Shown: one piece after another, positions 38,262-53,488 of the stretch
How the letters are laid out: each line of letters opens with the position of its first letter
How positions within the stretch are numbered: the stretch's first letter is position 1
Assembly (NCBI GenBank): GCA_964035545.1
Contig: OZ037767.1
Location: forward strand, 22,088,628-22,152,627
Length of the DNA stretch: 64,000 nt
Source: Bugula neritina
Lineage: Eukaryota; Animalia; Bryozoa
Direction: 5' to 3'
Notes under the pieces: generated by a model
The model's input: the letters and a program-made list of their open reading frames with translations, nothing else
The model's database searches: none
What the model was told of the DNA's origin: nothing
Made by a program: the position numbers and the translations under genes

Positions 38262-41200
38262 ATCTATAGTCTATAGCCAATGCAGTACCAGCATAAAATA
38301 ATAATAATATATATATAGAAACTTAAAACTACCAAATTTTGAAAAGGAAAAGCTTGAGAATCCTGAGGCTAAGTATTTGTTGGCCTCCACATAAAATACT
38401 AGGCTAAATTGTTTGAACTATAATAGTTAATACGAATAAAGTTATAACTTATGTCCACATTACAACTAAAATTTCCTTACAAATCAGCAGAGAAGGTGCT
38501 TCTGCTTATTCATAATTAATTCAAATAAAATTATTTATTTTGTTTTCTAGAGGGTCTAATTCCTAATAACCATAAGCCTGAAGTCTCAGAAATATAAATG
38601 TTCTAACAAATAGTTAGATAAGACAGAAGTACAAGACCGTCCTTTAAATGAAGTAAATCAACTAGGAGCCCTAACATAAAATTACTGTCAAAATACAAAA
38701 CCGAAATGAAACAGTAAAAAATTGGCAGCTATGACTCATGCCCTCAAGACAACTTATGTTCTGACATGGGCCTTAAGTTTAACTACCTCAAGAATGACAA
38801 AGACTTATGGCTTTTACAATGCAATGCAACTTGAAGAAACTTCAACTCGGCCAAATTGAATTTCTGACTGAAAATCGTGAAGGTATAAACATAACTTAAA
38901 GAATACAACATAATAGAGCCTGGTGAGAGTAATAGTCTTAGAAATGTAGAAACATAGTTTTTACATTAAATATCAATTTTATTGTGGTATTGTGCTAACG
39001 CCTGTCCTATGTTGAACTTGATGAAAATCAACTAATTAGTTTATTTTTTTATTCCATTTCATTGCCTTAAAAAGTCTAACAAGGAGTAAAAAAAATATGG
39101 GGGGTCACCCAAAAGGAGGTCACAACGGGCCCACTTTTTCGACAAAGCTAGTGGAGGCACAGCGCAATTAATATTTTTTTTTTGTTTACATAATAACAGT
39201 TTTTCCTATACAGCATGTTAATGTTTCAAATGAAAAGTTTATACTCACCTTTTTTTGTAGAAGCTATCAATCGGATTCTTTGGTCCTAGTCGGTGTGTAA
39301 TTCATATAACAATCATAAATTTAAATCCTGATAATAGAACTATTACTATGTCTATAGGCACTGATCTCAGCCTGTCAATGTGAAAACACTGTCTATTACA
39401 CGAAGTACTAGTTTGCTTTGCCCTATCTCTCAGTGAATACGTAAGAATGAACCAGAAAGATTACAGATCTCAAAATAGCATTCGATTTCTAATTCTCATC
39501 TCGCTTATCCTTCGTCTACTAAACACCTACATACCATGTCTCACCACAACTCTAGCAGATTATTATAATTAATTCTAGCGGCTGTACGCTTCAGCGAGTA
39601 CATTTTGCTAATGAGCCTACGTGCTTCAATCATTTAGGAGGTAGTTGTCTTTTCCTATATACATCGAAACAATAACTCCCAATAACAAATTGTTTCATTG
39701 GTATAATGTTAGCTAGTTAGATATTATGCATGTACATGACTACATGTACTCGATGAATCGAAATGTTTATAGTGCTAGGATAGTATGCTATATAACATTT
39801 TTTTATCATTATACTAAAAAAAGTAAACAAAGCAACCAGAAATGTTTGACAGCATGAAGCTCTATTATGTGCAGGCATAAGCATATAGACAGTCTTGCTC
39901 TATAAATAAATAGGTAGATGCAACTATTTCAATATAAATGGTTTTTAAGGAGTTCGCTTTATTTAAAATATCTGCAGGTGTTCGAAATTTATATCATATT
40001 CCATCATATTAAACTACATTATGTTATATTTTATTTTATTCTATTATATTTTGATATACTACATTATAATATAATGCATTATATTATATTATATTGTACT
40101 TCATTTTATTATATTATAATATATTATATTTTATTGTATTATATTATATTATGTTACATTATATTTTATCATATTATATAACTATATAAATAATTCTATA
40201 CCTATACTTCAGTTTATAGTAAAATAAAAGCTTTTTCTCAAATATAATCTTATTTTATTAACAAGTTCTATTATAAATTTTAGCCATGCAGTTCTTATCA
40301 ATAGTTCCATTGAATAGCGATTATCAAACCACTAATTATTTTGCGACTAACTAATGCATTGAACTGGATGTTATGGTTTTCTAATATAAATCCAATGGCT
40401 AATAAACTCTACAATAATTAATTTTACTGTGTATGTCTTGCATGCATCTGCCAAAGTTTTATATTAATTTCATTAATATACGTAAGTAATTGCTAAAAGT
40501 TGCACAATGTATTTTAAAATTTCATATAGTAATATTGCTTGTAAAATAATATCATAGCCTATCTATTGAGAAATTTAAGGCTTCCATATATAAAATTATC
40601 TTATGTTAACAATAAATTGTTCAAAGATTACAACTCTAAAATGCAAAATTAATAAAGATTATAATATTTCATTTTATCATTTTACAATTGATTTATAGTA
40701 TATCAACCTTATTGCCTATAGGTCTTTATTGAAACAATAAGTTTTCTAATTATAAAACAACTAAAATATGTAAACTAAATGCAACATAATGTAAAAAAAT
40801 TTGCTGCTAGTAATTTTGTGCACCAAGTACTGTATATATTTACTATGGCTTACTGTTAAACAGTATCTAATGTAATATCTAGGGTCATAATTATGGTTCT
40901 ATTTACTAGGACCATCTTCACTGGTCAAACAGTTGTATTAATAAAATAGTGACTAATTCTTTGTTTGCACATGTGCAAGTTAAAGTATTGATCCATGCAG
41001 TAATTTCAGTTAATCTCATGTCTATATAATTATAAACAAAAGTATTAAGTAAACTTTTCAAACAATCATATATTTACAAAAACAAATAAATATAAATCAT
41101 GTTTATTTGGAACAATCAATATATCAAATTTTACAGATTGCTTGAAAAACCTGTCTATGACTAGAATAAATAAGTTAACACATGTTGTGGAATTGGTCTG

Positions 41201-41705
41201 AAGACTGAAAGTCTCATAAAAGTTTACATTTAGTAAAAAAGCATCTGAAGTCACTACGATTAGAATCATGAGCAAGAGATATCAAAATATTACATAGTAC
41301 ATAAAACATAGAATACTATCTGTTGCAATTTTAAAATTGCCATAATTACTGACAAAATAATATAGTCATAAAGATATAAAATCAAAATGAATTGCACAGT
41401 CTAACGTCAAATATTGCTTTAAGTTAAATGAAATATTTGTGAAATTATGAGCAAAAAAAATTAATTGCTGCGTAAAATTACTACAATTGACTTGCGCGGC
41501 AGTATTTTGTCATTTCTCAGAAGTTTTAGTGAAGTGCTATATACATGATCTGTACATGGGAAACAGTTATAAAATTAGAACTCAACAAAAAAGCTCTGTA
41601 AATTATTCTATTACAAGCGATTCATTGCATTTGGATTTGAGAAAAAAATGTATTGAGTATATGAATAACGCTAGACTCTTAATGTATGTAATGTAAAACT
41701 TTTGT

Positions 41706-41775
41706 CTCCACTGAGGTTCAAACCTTTAATACGGATCTGGCTTGCAAGCAGGCGTGCTAACAATTACACCACATG
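41706..41775 (-). mobile_element. tRNA-derived SINE head, same family as 1284-1352
   Basis: ggttcaaacc...tctggcttgcaagcaggcgtgctaacaattacaccac matches tctggcttgcaagcaagcatgctaaccattacaccac at 1312-1348. Confidence 0.65.
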
Positions 41776-42075
41776 AACTGTGAGATTCCTAGCAGCAGTA
41801 TAATTACTTCAATTTTTAATAAAAAAAGAATGTAAACAGGGTTAATTATATATAATATAATGTGTTTGCATTTGTACAACTTCCAAATAGAATTACTAAA
41901 CTGTGAAATATTTCACTGCATTAGTTTTACTACAAAGCCAAGTTCCTATAGCTGATTGTGTTTTTTATTATTTGCTTTTGGTAAATATCTAAAAATCACC
42001 AAAAACGAAGCTTGTACATAGATGTTATGTTAGACTTGTGTTAGATCTTATTTACTATAATGTGTACAAGTCTAG

Positions 42076-45000
42076 CTAGGACATATTTTTTCTCACTAAA
42101 CCTGTAAGATTATATAAATCACTATTCACTTTCTCAGATAACTCTTGATCGGTCCTCCTACTAAATGCATCTGTCCTGTTTCTTTGATGCTTCAGTGAGC
42201 CATTCCTATGACGGCCATCTCTCTGCCTGCTTCTTGGTGATTGGACCGAAACCGGGACTCCGTCACATAAATGCTCTTGTGACGATTCTAAAGAAAACTC
42301 TTGATCACTTGCATATTTACGTTTTGGTCTTTTAGCACTCTTGCTGAAATTTTGCAAAGAAAAAGCAGACATGGAATGACGTGATGCTGCGGGCAAAGAT
42401 CGTGTCTGCTGGAGTACGTTTGATGTCAAATCTACTTTTAATGGGGGATGATAATCGTCAACTGGTTGGTGTAGATACGGTTGCAACTTTGGTGAATATT
42501 TTGGAAGCGGTTGGTGCTGAATGTCTAACGGCTTTTTTAATTTTGATAATCTCTGGGAATCTGCTTGTAAACACCTGTGTAACAACAAAATTGAATATCT
42601 ACTATTACAAATAAAACACTGTTTACAGTCGGGTGGCATTTTTAATAACAAACTACTGCAATAATTTTATATTTTCAATAAAATTCCTGTAGCTTTAAAA
42701 TAATCTATTTGCATCAAGAGTGAATGATAATTGTAATTGCACACCCACACAATCATACACACACCCAAACACACACCCGAACACATGTCCACCCGCACAC
42801 CTGCACACTCACAAACTCGCACACCCGCATACCTGCACATATATGTAGTAATAGAATAATCTTCTTACCTATGACTTAAGTCACTAGACGGTCTTTCTAT
42901 GATATCAGAAAACTTGACAGAGTCTCTACGAGATGAAGCGTATCTTGGGGAATGGAGAGAGACGGAGGTTTTTATTGCAGGTTTCACTGCATGCACTGGA
43001 GCTTTGAAGGGAGTTACTAAATTCATATTGACTAGTTTTATATCCATGTCTTCTTCATCTTCAGACTGTGACCTGATAAAGGCAATTCTATGTACATACA
43101 CTATAGTACCACAATGCATTTCAGCTAGTTACGTTGATTCATAATCAATTTTGTGACTGTTTAGAGCAACTCTAAAAGTAATTCAAGTTCTAACAAAGTT
43201 TCAAGAGGGTAATTTCCTTTGCCTATTATATCATCAGTTGATTTATGTTCTGGGTGGAAATTTGTAAGGTTCAAAGCATGCTTTATCAAAAGTTAATTTA
43301 ATTTCCATGTTGCATTCTTTTTACAAATATTTTATCTTATAGTACAAAAGACATGCAGCTAAAGGAGAGTAGAACTGTAGAAAAAAGTAAATTAGATACA
43401 CTGATCTCTACCTAGACTCATCAGACGTAGAGAGCAGAGGCAGGGTGACTGACGTCTGCATGTCTGGTAGATCAACTCTGATACCTGCAGAGCTGAAAGA
43501 GAGGTCACTCGGTGGTTTATTCATCTGCCCTGCTTTGTGGTCATCACTGACGCTCCTGGTTGAGAGCATATCTCTGAAGTAAAGATACTTGCATATGAAG
43601 ACATGCACAGAAATTAGAATCATTCTATAAGCAGCTATGAGTTGGGGTGACTGACTGCAATAGTGTGAGATTCTCAAGTTTGGAATTGAGGGTTCAACTT
43701 GAACTTTAAACCCCCAACTCCAAATTCAAGAATTCTAAACTATTGCACTCAGTCACCCCCAAATCGGAGTTGCTTATAAAAGGATCTGGTGCAACCGATG
43801 AAGCTGGTGCAGCCAGTGCATAGCTGATTAGCTTGAGGTTAGGATCAGTAAATTTTGAAAATAAGTTAATAATTGTTTATAACTTTAATTCATATTATGC
43901 ACATTCAGCTGATAAATGTGGATACCTTTTGGAGGTCATTTCCGGGCTGTTCACTCTGACCCAAATGTCTTCAAACTTTGGTGCAGCATGACTTGTGTCC
44001 ACAATTAGTCCTTTACCTTGACCTTCGGTAAACTTCTTGGCTGGTGGACTGGTCAATCTATTGTTGGAGCCAGTTGGACTGTTTGGACTATCATCTGGTA
44101 TACATCTAGTGTCTTCTCCGTCACTCTCTTCTGCCTGGAAGAACAATGAATTATAAAACTAAGAACAAATTGCTGTTTTTTAACTAGCTGAATGTCATTT
44201 AGCAAAAAACATATTATAAACATTAGCTATATGACTGAGTATAAGTTATATGAGGGTTGTTTGACTAGGAAACAAATAAGTTTAAATAAACTGTTGGTTT
44301 TAATAAATAACTCTTTTAAATGGTTATAAACACAGCTAAGCTGTACGATCAAGGGCTGAATATAGAATACATGAAAATGCTTTTGCTTGTGCTGAAAATG
44401 CTCTGTCAAACCAACAAATAATTTTTATAAGCCTAGAGATAGATTTAGTAAAGGCTTTAAAGTAAACAAAAATAGACTAAAATATAACACTGCAGCTGTT
44501 TAAAAATAATTTGTCATAAAAGTGTGAAATGGCAATAAACATATACGTATATATCTATCTATTTGTCATTTACAGATATATAAATGTATCAATAGTATTG
44601 ATTGCTTACCAAATAAACTATTAAATAATCAAACCAAATTTTGCAATAAAAGTTGCGAATTAAGACGAAAAATCAAAACATTTGCCATAAGTTGCAAACT
44701 AAATTCAATCTTGATCTCTCCCTCTTTAAGATTGTTTGTATATTTTGAGAATGGTTATAATGCCTGCAGTACTGGTAGTTTGTATGAGAACAATACCTAT
44801 GCAAGCTAAAAACTACTTTCTTTTTAGCATATATTAGGCTGTAAAACTAAAGTAACATATATTTTTCTTCATTCTTTAATTGTAGAAATCTACAAAAAGC
44901 TAGGGAGTTGCCTGACCACTCACTTGCTTGAGTACATATGTACTGGTGAATGATGAGTACTGAGCCTGGCTGTTCACTAACTTAGCCTTAGGATCTGATT

Positions 45001-48000
45001 CGTCCGCTGTACGGTTCAGCTTTTCAGTAACAGAGACTTGGGGTGGAATGTGTGCAGTAGGTTTACCTCCACACATTGTTTCATCAGTATGGTCAAAGTG
45101 GGTCTCCAGATAACCTGGTTGTGTGAATAAAAAAATTTATGATTCATAGTAGCAGAACGAAATGGTTTATAAATGAATTTTCCTGCGAAAAGCACAATTG
45201 AATCAAAATAAATAACACATTTAATACAGTCTGTAGCTTGACAGGATTTTATGTTCCATATATTTGGAATTTTTTTTTAATTAAGATGTGCAAAATTTTA
45301 GAGCGCAATAATATATCAAAGAATATAATATATTGGAATATAGAATAAATAGAGTATATAGACTATAGAGTATACATATTAACATATTGAGCATAATATA
45401 TTGAAGTATATAGAGTATCTATAGAGCATAGAGTATAAAGCATGGAGCACAATATACAGAGTATAGAGTATAGGGTATAATATTATATTAAAGTATAATG
45501 CATAGTGTATATATTATAGAGCATATAGAGTATAGAACATATAATAACAAATAGAGTACACATACCACGAATGCTGCCGCGGCTGCTATTCCCCGGCCTC
45601 ATAGAGGGGCTCAACTCACCATCCCCTCCATTATGTCTTCTCCTGAATGAGTACTTGTGCATCATATAGTGACTGATTCTTCTAGAATTTGTAATGAGCC
45701 AAAGAATGAAATTAATTTAATTTCTTACAAATTATTTTTCTTAAAGTTATAAATGTATATATAAATTATGTATCCATTCAAAATAATAGCGTTTCAGGAT
45801 GCTTTATATAAAGTCAATCAAATCTTTGCCCATGGCCCAGACAATTTTTAAACGGTCTAGAAAATAAACCTGTTGTGTATTGGGTTGCCTTTATTAGCCC
45901 CAGTGAAGTACTCATACAGCCTGGTATGTATAGAGTGTAACTTAAAATATTTTTACTGTTATAACACTAATTATTTTATGGTCATATAACATTGTAAAGT
46001 AATTGTGATTTTAATGTAACATTCTTAGAGCTGTCCCTACTTGAGCCACACGACTTATGTGAAGACAACATAAATCCAAATAAAAAACACACTCACACTG
46101 TGTATCATTGATGTTTAAAATTTTACGTTATGTACAATCACCCACGCTTCTGTGGTATCGTTATAATATGTGTTGAAGATTAAATTGTGCATGGTTCACC
46201 AAAATTATAAAGATGGCAACATATTTCTATTTTGAGGTTTCAAGCTATTGAGCTGGCATTGAATTTGCTTAATTCACTTGGTTTACAAATTGAAATTATT
46301 TGGACAGTATTTCAAGAGCATGTTACCACTCATTATTCTTTATCTATATATAAAGGCACTGGTGTCAAATGTGTCAAAGGTATCAAAGGTGTCAAAGGTA
46401 TCAAAGGTACTATCAAATGTGTCCAATGCATCTTCTGATCAACGTATAGCTTTTTCAATTTAAGATTTTAGTTAGTTGACAGATTGTGAAAGTCTTACCT
46501 AGACCCATTGAAAGAGTTGAAAAGTGAATATTCTCCAAATCTACATACATGCATATTTATTTAACATATAACTTATTTAACATGTTTATAAAACCATTCT
46601 GAAATTATTGTTAAAAGTGTATGGTATCGAGCCATCATATATATAGCTAATATTTGTTAGTCTCATGATTCTATAAATGTATGTTTAACCTCGAGTATTG
46701 TTGTTTCTTTAATCAATTGATTCAGGAAATTAGACTTATTAAGTAAAATATCAATTTCTGTCAACTAAAACATCACAATATATAAACATACTATTATATA
46801 CTAGTGAAAAGTCGTATGATTATAACATATAGCATTATAGAGCATCTATTACGTATATAATTCCAAGCATCTGCTACAACTCCATGGGCTAACATACCTG
46901 TTATATTTCACTGTTATTATAACGACAGCAATGATGATCAACAGAAACAGCATAGCAGCCACAATCCCGAGTATTAGGCGATATTTGGAAGTATCTAGAA
47001 TCAGAGTGTGTCAGGGTGAAACAACTTCTTCTGACATGCAAAGGCGAGCTAAACTTACTTTTCACAACCACTTTATTTACGAATTTCACAAGCATTTTAT
47101 TTGGTGCGGTTAGTTTAATACCATGATCATTAAATTTGTATGGTTATGTCAGAGCTTTTCCCTTTGCAAGAAAATGTTTTTCTTTACAGTCAAACTATCA
47201 TAAAATTGAGAAATGTGTGAGTTTAGCCACATTATATGTGGATATTAAAATTTTATATTAGCTGAAGTTAAAATCATTTTTACAAGAATAGATCAAGGGA
47301 GGCCAGTGCTTCACATTAAAGCTGACTATTACCTTGCTACTTTCTTTGTGTTACTAAACTGTTGAGCATTTCAAACTACGTATAGCCAAATTTAATTACG
47401 AGTATATATTGTAATGATAGTATATTATAAATTATAAAGTCTACTTTTAATACTGTAAAATTAGGTGTAATCTAAATTTGTGAAGTACAGGGGATTTGAA
47501 GCTCACAAAAACAATCTCTATTTAACTCTCTTGGTTTGCTTCAGTGAATATGCTGAATTAAAAACCATGGCAATGACATCTAAGAAGCACTTGTTACACT
47601 AGCAATTATCTCTTAGAGATAGCATTTGCTATAATTACTAGCAGTAATGTTTGGGTGATAATGTCAAATATCAAACCTGAATTACTAAAACTTCCCCCAC
47701 CATCGCTATATTCTTCCTGAGCCTTAGTGTAGTATATGGGAGCGGTGGTGGTCAGTATAGGCTCCACACACGATACAGTCACCATGGAGTTTGGTTCTTC
47801 AGCTACAAAATGTACTTGATGTAAGCTCTTACTCTAATACTATATTGTAGACACACTATGCATTCCTCTAGAGATTATCCCCTCATGCATTAGCACTGCA
47901 AACCAATTAATATTTTATATATTTATGCTAGTTTTCAAAAGAAAATCTATAATTTTGTTTAAATTTCTAAACAATAATTATTATGTTAGAGAGAAGGTTA

Positions 48001-51000
48001 CATAAAATCTAAAATCCTCAACTCTATATATACTATTGAGTTGTAGGGCAATATCATCTGTAACAACTCAATGGTTGGGCTTATAATATGTATCAATAGC
48101 ATTGTATCAATTCTGTATCTAGAGCTGTATTACGTCTCAACGTTTTGTTAGAAATTCAGACTGCAGGTACAAATTTCCTTCGTTCTCTGAAAACTTGTTG
48201 GCCCTGGTTCAAATGCCTATATTGCAAGTCCTATACTACAATTGCTAGCTAAGTTTATTCAGTTGCCGTGATGTGCAATATGAATATATATGACTTTCCA
48301 TTCAGCAGGGGGAATATTCAGTCGTTTTAAACATTAGTTAGCAACTTTCCATTGCATTTACTAAAGTATAGGTGGCAATTCCAAACATTACACTACATGC
48401 AAAGAATGTAGTTGTAAATGAACATAGAGTTATAGCAGTGAGAGAAGATGTTAAGGCATGTCACATTAGCATTGGTAATTATAATACATCATATACTCCA
48501 TTCATCTAGTACTCCCTGTTACTCATTTATACATTGATTTTCATTGTAGTTGTATAAAGCATACAAATACACCAAGACGTCTGCACTGGTCCTGAACAAA
48601 CTTTAGTTAATTGCACGAGCAGACTCGTAGTTTCTACAGGAAATTACCAACAGCTAAGCGGATTTCATCTCCATTATTTACCGTTCAATAATTCTTAGAA
48701 TGCCTTACAAAAAGTCAACAAGATGAAATGTAATTTAGATGGCTAAGTCAATGATTCAAATCTGTGATTTGCATGGAATCAATACATGCGTATTTTTAGA
48801 CCTTTATTTTCTGTAATGTTTATGAAAGATTGAATGCGTTTGTGGCGAGACTAATCAATTCTGTTTTATCAGGCCGAGCAATGGCCGCACAGAGAATAGC
48901 TGTAATGACAGCATGCTGACAATGATTGCAATGTACCCTGCAAGTGACTGCAATGTACATTGAGAGCTAGTGGCTGTAATGGCAGTATACTGAGTGCTAT
49001 GCACACTATACCGTTGAAATAATGCAGCCATTGGACAAATGTTTTCTTATAAAAAGCAAAGGTATTACATTTATAGTCTAAGTCTGTTATAAGTTAATAA
49101 TTATTTTCATGGCTACAAATCGCGTTATTTTTCTTTATCATTGCTTCAACCTAGTTGACTCGTTCACGTTTACGTGCAGTAACCTAGAAATGGTGTCTTG
49201 TACACTCCCTAGAGAATATTTGAATTATACCAAAGTTCCATAATCCCGTATACCCATATGATAAGTATGCAATGTGACAGCTATAATGAGCAGCTTGCAA
49301 GGATACCTGCTCTCCTGTGTTGTAAAAAGATTGAGATAGCTGACATACTTGAGCAAGTTTCCCACATAATCCTTGCATCCCTCCAGAGCTTTAAGGCATG
49401 TAAATGGAATTATGGGAAATTATGCTTGCTTGCGTGCGCGTGCGCGTGTGTGTGTGTCTGTGTGTGTAATGCGTCGTGCGTGTGTAATTTATTTTTTAAT
49501 TTATAAATTGTTGTGCGAAGAGTCTAATTATTTTAAACTTTGTGCCTTCATTTGATTGATAAGCTTGAAAGTAAAAAAAAGATTCTAAGTATTTATACTC
49601 ACTGGCTGTATTACAGCAAGTATAATTATTGTGTTAGTAATAATTAATCAGATAAACTTGATGACAAAACAACTGCATTTGACAAATGATTTTATATATT
49701 AAAAGACTAAATAATGCATTCAATGTCATTGGACAATAAAACTCATTAAATGTCATAGCAATCTTATGGATTCCTCACATGGCATATGAGTTGCTAATAA
49801 CATTTTTTGGAACTATGTTTGACAAGAATAGAAGTCTACCTTGAAGAGTCATGCAGTCACCATAATCCATCTGGATGTTGATGAAATTGTTATATAGCCC
49901 AAGTAAATGGTCACAACTACATATGTGTGTGTATTACACATTGGTGTGTTGCAACATTTACTTTATGATGCTATCTGAATGAAACTACCAACCACCACCC
50001 AGTAAAACTTTGTACATACCAGAGTACTGTATCCACAATGAACCAGCTTCTCTATTAATTGGACTTTCAAATACCAAATCGTATGTGCTACTCGAAGTCA
50101 CCTCCAAATTGTATTTGTGACTACAGAGATAGTAGCTGTAATAGTTCCCTGTTCAAGTACAAACACATGGTTTTTTACTTTTTTCAATAGGAAATAAAAC
50201 CAACACTGCTTGTTTGGTTATAGAAACTTTAAAGGGTTTTGGTAAAGTAAATGATAGCTGCAGTAACAGAGTTTCGTTATAGGAAGTAAGTTCACAGTGA
50301 ATTAGGTTTAAGCTATAGTATTAGTTTGCTTTAATCGCTCAACTGACATGACTCATCTATTTATGATTTTATTATTTAAAACTAGAAAGCTAGACTCACA
50401 AATATCAACGTTCATTGCTGTCAAATAACTCTTTTTAAACATTGCACGTCAAGCGTTAAGATAACTTTATAAAACTTCCTGTGTATAAAGTATGCTATTC
50501 AAACTGCAGAGTATAACATTTATAAACTTCAAAAATTTGGAATATATGGATATGTGAGATCATAATAATGTCACTTGGAAGTAATGTTTAAAAAAACTAT
50601 ATATGTTTTATAACATATAGTAACATATAACAACATAGCAACATAGTATATATGTTATTATATAGTCACCTCTATTGTATGCTATTTCCAAGTACTGCTT
50701 CACATTCTCTAACTGACAGGCATGCATATCGTCCTTACTGATATTGCCTTCCTATATAATAAATACTTAGTCCTGTAGTGTGCCATAAGATTAACCACAA
50801 AAAAGTAAAAGTAAAAGCTAAATTAATCAAACAAGCATATAAGATGCATTTTGTTTAGATACTACTATAATAGCCTAAAACTGAGCAAAAACAGCAATTT
50901 AATTAAAAATTGACGAAAAATATATAGCACAAATTTCCTTTCTGTAAGGGATTGATAGATAGAAAAGTGTAAAGAATAAAAGATAAAATATACATTTATT

Positions 51001-53219
51001 AGTGAATATTTTTAATGTGTAGTTATTATTATACCTGAGTTTACAGTGTGAGTAACAATATAGCAAATAGAAATAGTAAAAAGACCTTTTTGCCTGTGAG
51101 CAGCCATGCATTTCACATCCGCAAGCAGAAACATGCAACTTCTTGAAAGAAATTTAAGCTATTGCAGAGCAAATGGTGAAAATAGATGGTGCTAAATTTG
51201 ATATTGTTATTTTGACCATAAATCAGTTTCATACAATCCTCTAAAACATTCAAAACGGCAATTTTCTGGTTTTTTATGGCATGTTAGTTGCTTTCATTCA
51301 AAAATTTAATGATACTTTTAACCGCAGATTATTCAGAAATTAAAAGAATTATTCAAAGAGTTAAAATTCTTCAGTTTAATATAACCCATGCTCTCTATTG
51401 AGTAACAGCTTGCGTAACATCTGATATAGCTGTGTGTTGGTATTAGATTATAGTAAAGGAAAGTTAGAGGGATTACTGCTACCAGCAAATGACTCACCTA
51501 ATGAGAATCATATTGTCAAAAAAGCCTCTTTTTTGTTCAAACTTGCATATAAATAATTTAAACTTATAAAAAATAAAAAACCATTCATTTTATATATATA
51601 TAATTATTCTATAAATGATTGTTCTGTTTAGAGATTAGCATATATACCATTTAATAAAATATATGTTTTGCTAATTATATTGGTTGTTAAATTGACACTT
51701 GGAAGTTTTGCATAACGTAATATAGGATAGTATTTTGGTAAAGTTAGAAAAACAATAATGGATGTGCATCATATTAACATCCTAGTATTATAATGGTTAT
51801 TATATTAATTGCAGCTGTTAATTAGTAAGCAACAGCCTTCGAGGAGTTAAACTATTTTAATTTAATAGAATATAAAATAATTTTGCTATTGGCAGTTTAA
51901 AATGCTTTTTTGTATAGTTTAGCTAGTTTTGGTGCTGCAGTAAAAATTGTTGTACTATTTAAAGTACATTTCAACTTTTAAATGTTGTATTAACTACACA
52001 GTGCTAAAACACTTTTTCCTAATTAAGTGTTTTATTTCCTTTCAACAAGTTGAAATTTTATACTTACAAAGAGCATGAAGTGATCTGGTTTGCTTAATAA
52101 TTGTTCTATAACATATTTGTATCTGTGTATGTATTTCAAGTTTAAATAATGCAAATGCTGCTAAGATTTTTATACTGAAATTTAGTATAAATAAGTTAGG
52201 ACCCTAGGCAAACTATATCAGCAGCTAATGGTAGATACAAACTGGAAGAGTCATTGAGTGGGACATCGCAGCCAATGTAATTTAATTTTAACAAAACTAC
52301 ACGTTAAGAACTTTGTAATAATATTATCTTAAAAAAATTTACTGGAGCAAAATAAGCAAGCTAATGCAGCAAACGGCAAAGCAAATTTAAACTTGGATAC
52401 AAAAGTGTTGTAACATTCTATGTTCTAAGCACAGTTATTAAAATAAAATTGACATAGGGGCAGGTTTTCTAAGGAGCATGAGCATTTCTTAGTAAAATAT
52501 GTGCTATAAATGTTTTAAAATGCTCTTGAACCATATTAAATAGCATGTAGCAATACATGTGCATTATATTACTTATAAAACAAACCCTATCGATTATGAA
52601 TAAAGCACAGCTACTGCTATAAAAAACAGTTCTCAGCAAGAGCATTTTAAAACTGATGAGTAGAACACGTGGTGCAAAAGCTAATGAAGTATAAGAAACT
52701 AAGTCTAAGATCTAGAAGATATCTTACGGAGGTGTTGTGAATCTGTCCATATCGCTTTAGTCCCTACATTACAGGGCAGGCAAAACATATATAAAACATA
52801 CGCCGTTGCAAGAATCACACTATGAAATAAGTATACAGCTTTGTGGTGTATATCAGTATGTAATATATGCACAATGGGCAGCATTAATAGAACAAATATA
52901 CCTACATGCATCACACCTTCTCTCAAGTTTTAAATAATACTTTATTCAATTAATTTAAGTTGTTCTTGCATAATAATATTACAAGCAATAACTTGAAAAA
53001 ATGATTTTCTTAAAGCAAAACTGAAAGACATAGTTTTGCCATATATAGTTTAGACTACTTTATTAGAGACGTTAGTCCAGATTATAAGATTAACTACAAT
53101 CTCATAATGTGCTTTCTCATATGGAGAGGTGTTTAATTATTAAGGATGATAAAATTGAGCTCTTATTTTGTGTATATTGTTTTGCACGAGCACACAAAAA
53201 TACAAACATACACACACGA

Positions 53220-53250
<31 letters not shown>

Positions 53251-53425
53251 AACACACACACACAAACACACACATAAATGCAAACACATAAATGCAAACA
53301 CACAAACAAACAACCACAAACAAACACACACACAAACACACACACAAATACAAGCACACACACAAACACACATACAAGCACACACACAAACACACACACA
53401 AACACATACACAAACATACACACAC

Positions 53426-53488
<63 letters not shown>

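Noticed and set aside
48568-48698. Plus-strand DVCTGPEQTLVNC resembling an SRCR motif, suggesting an inverted exon or trans-splicing
   Set aside because: There is an in-frame stop just upstream and no usable splice context, and the host receptor's ectodomain is fully explained as SUEL + CUB-like. Treated as coincidence.
49840-49880. In-frame TGA in a candidate small exon (possible selenocysteine)
   Set aside because: The exon is not needed for the model and no SECIS was identified.
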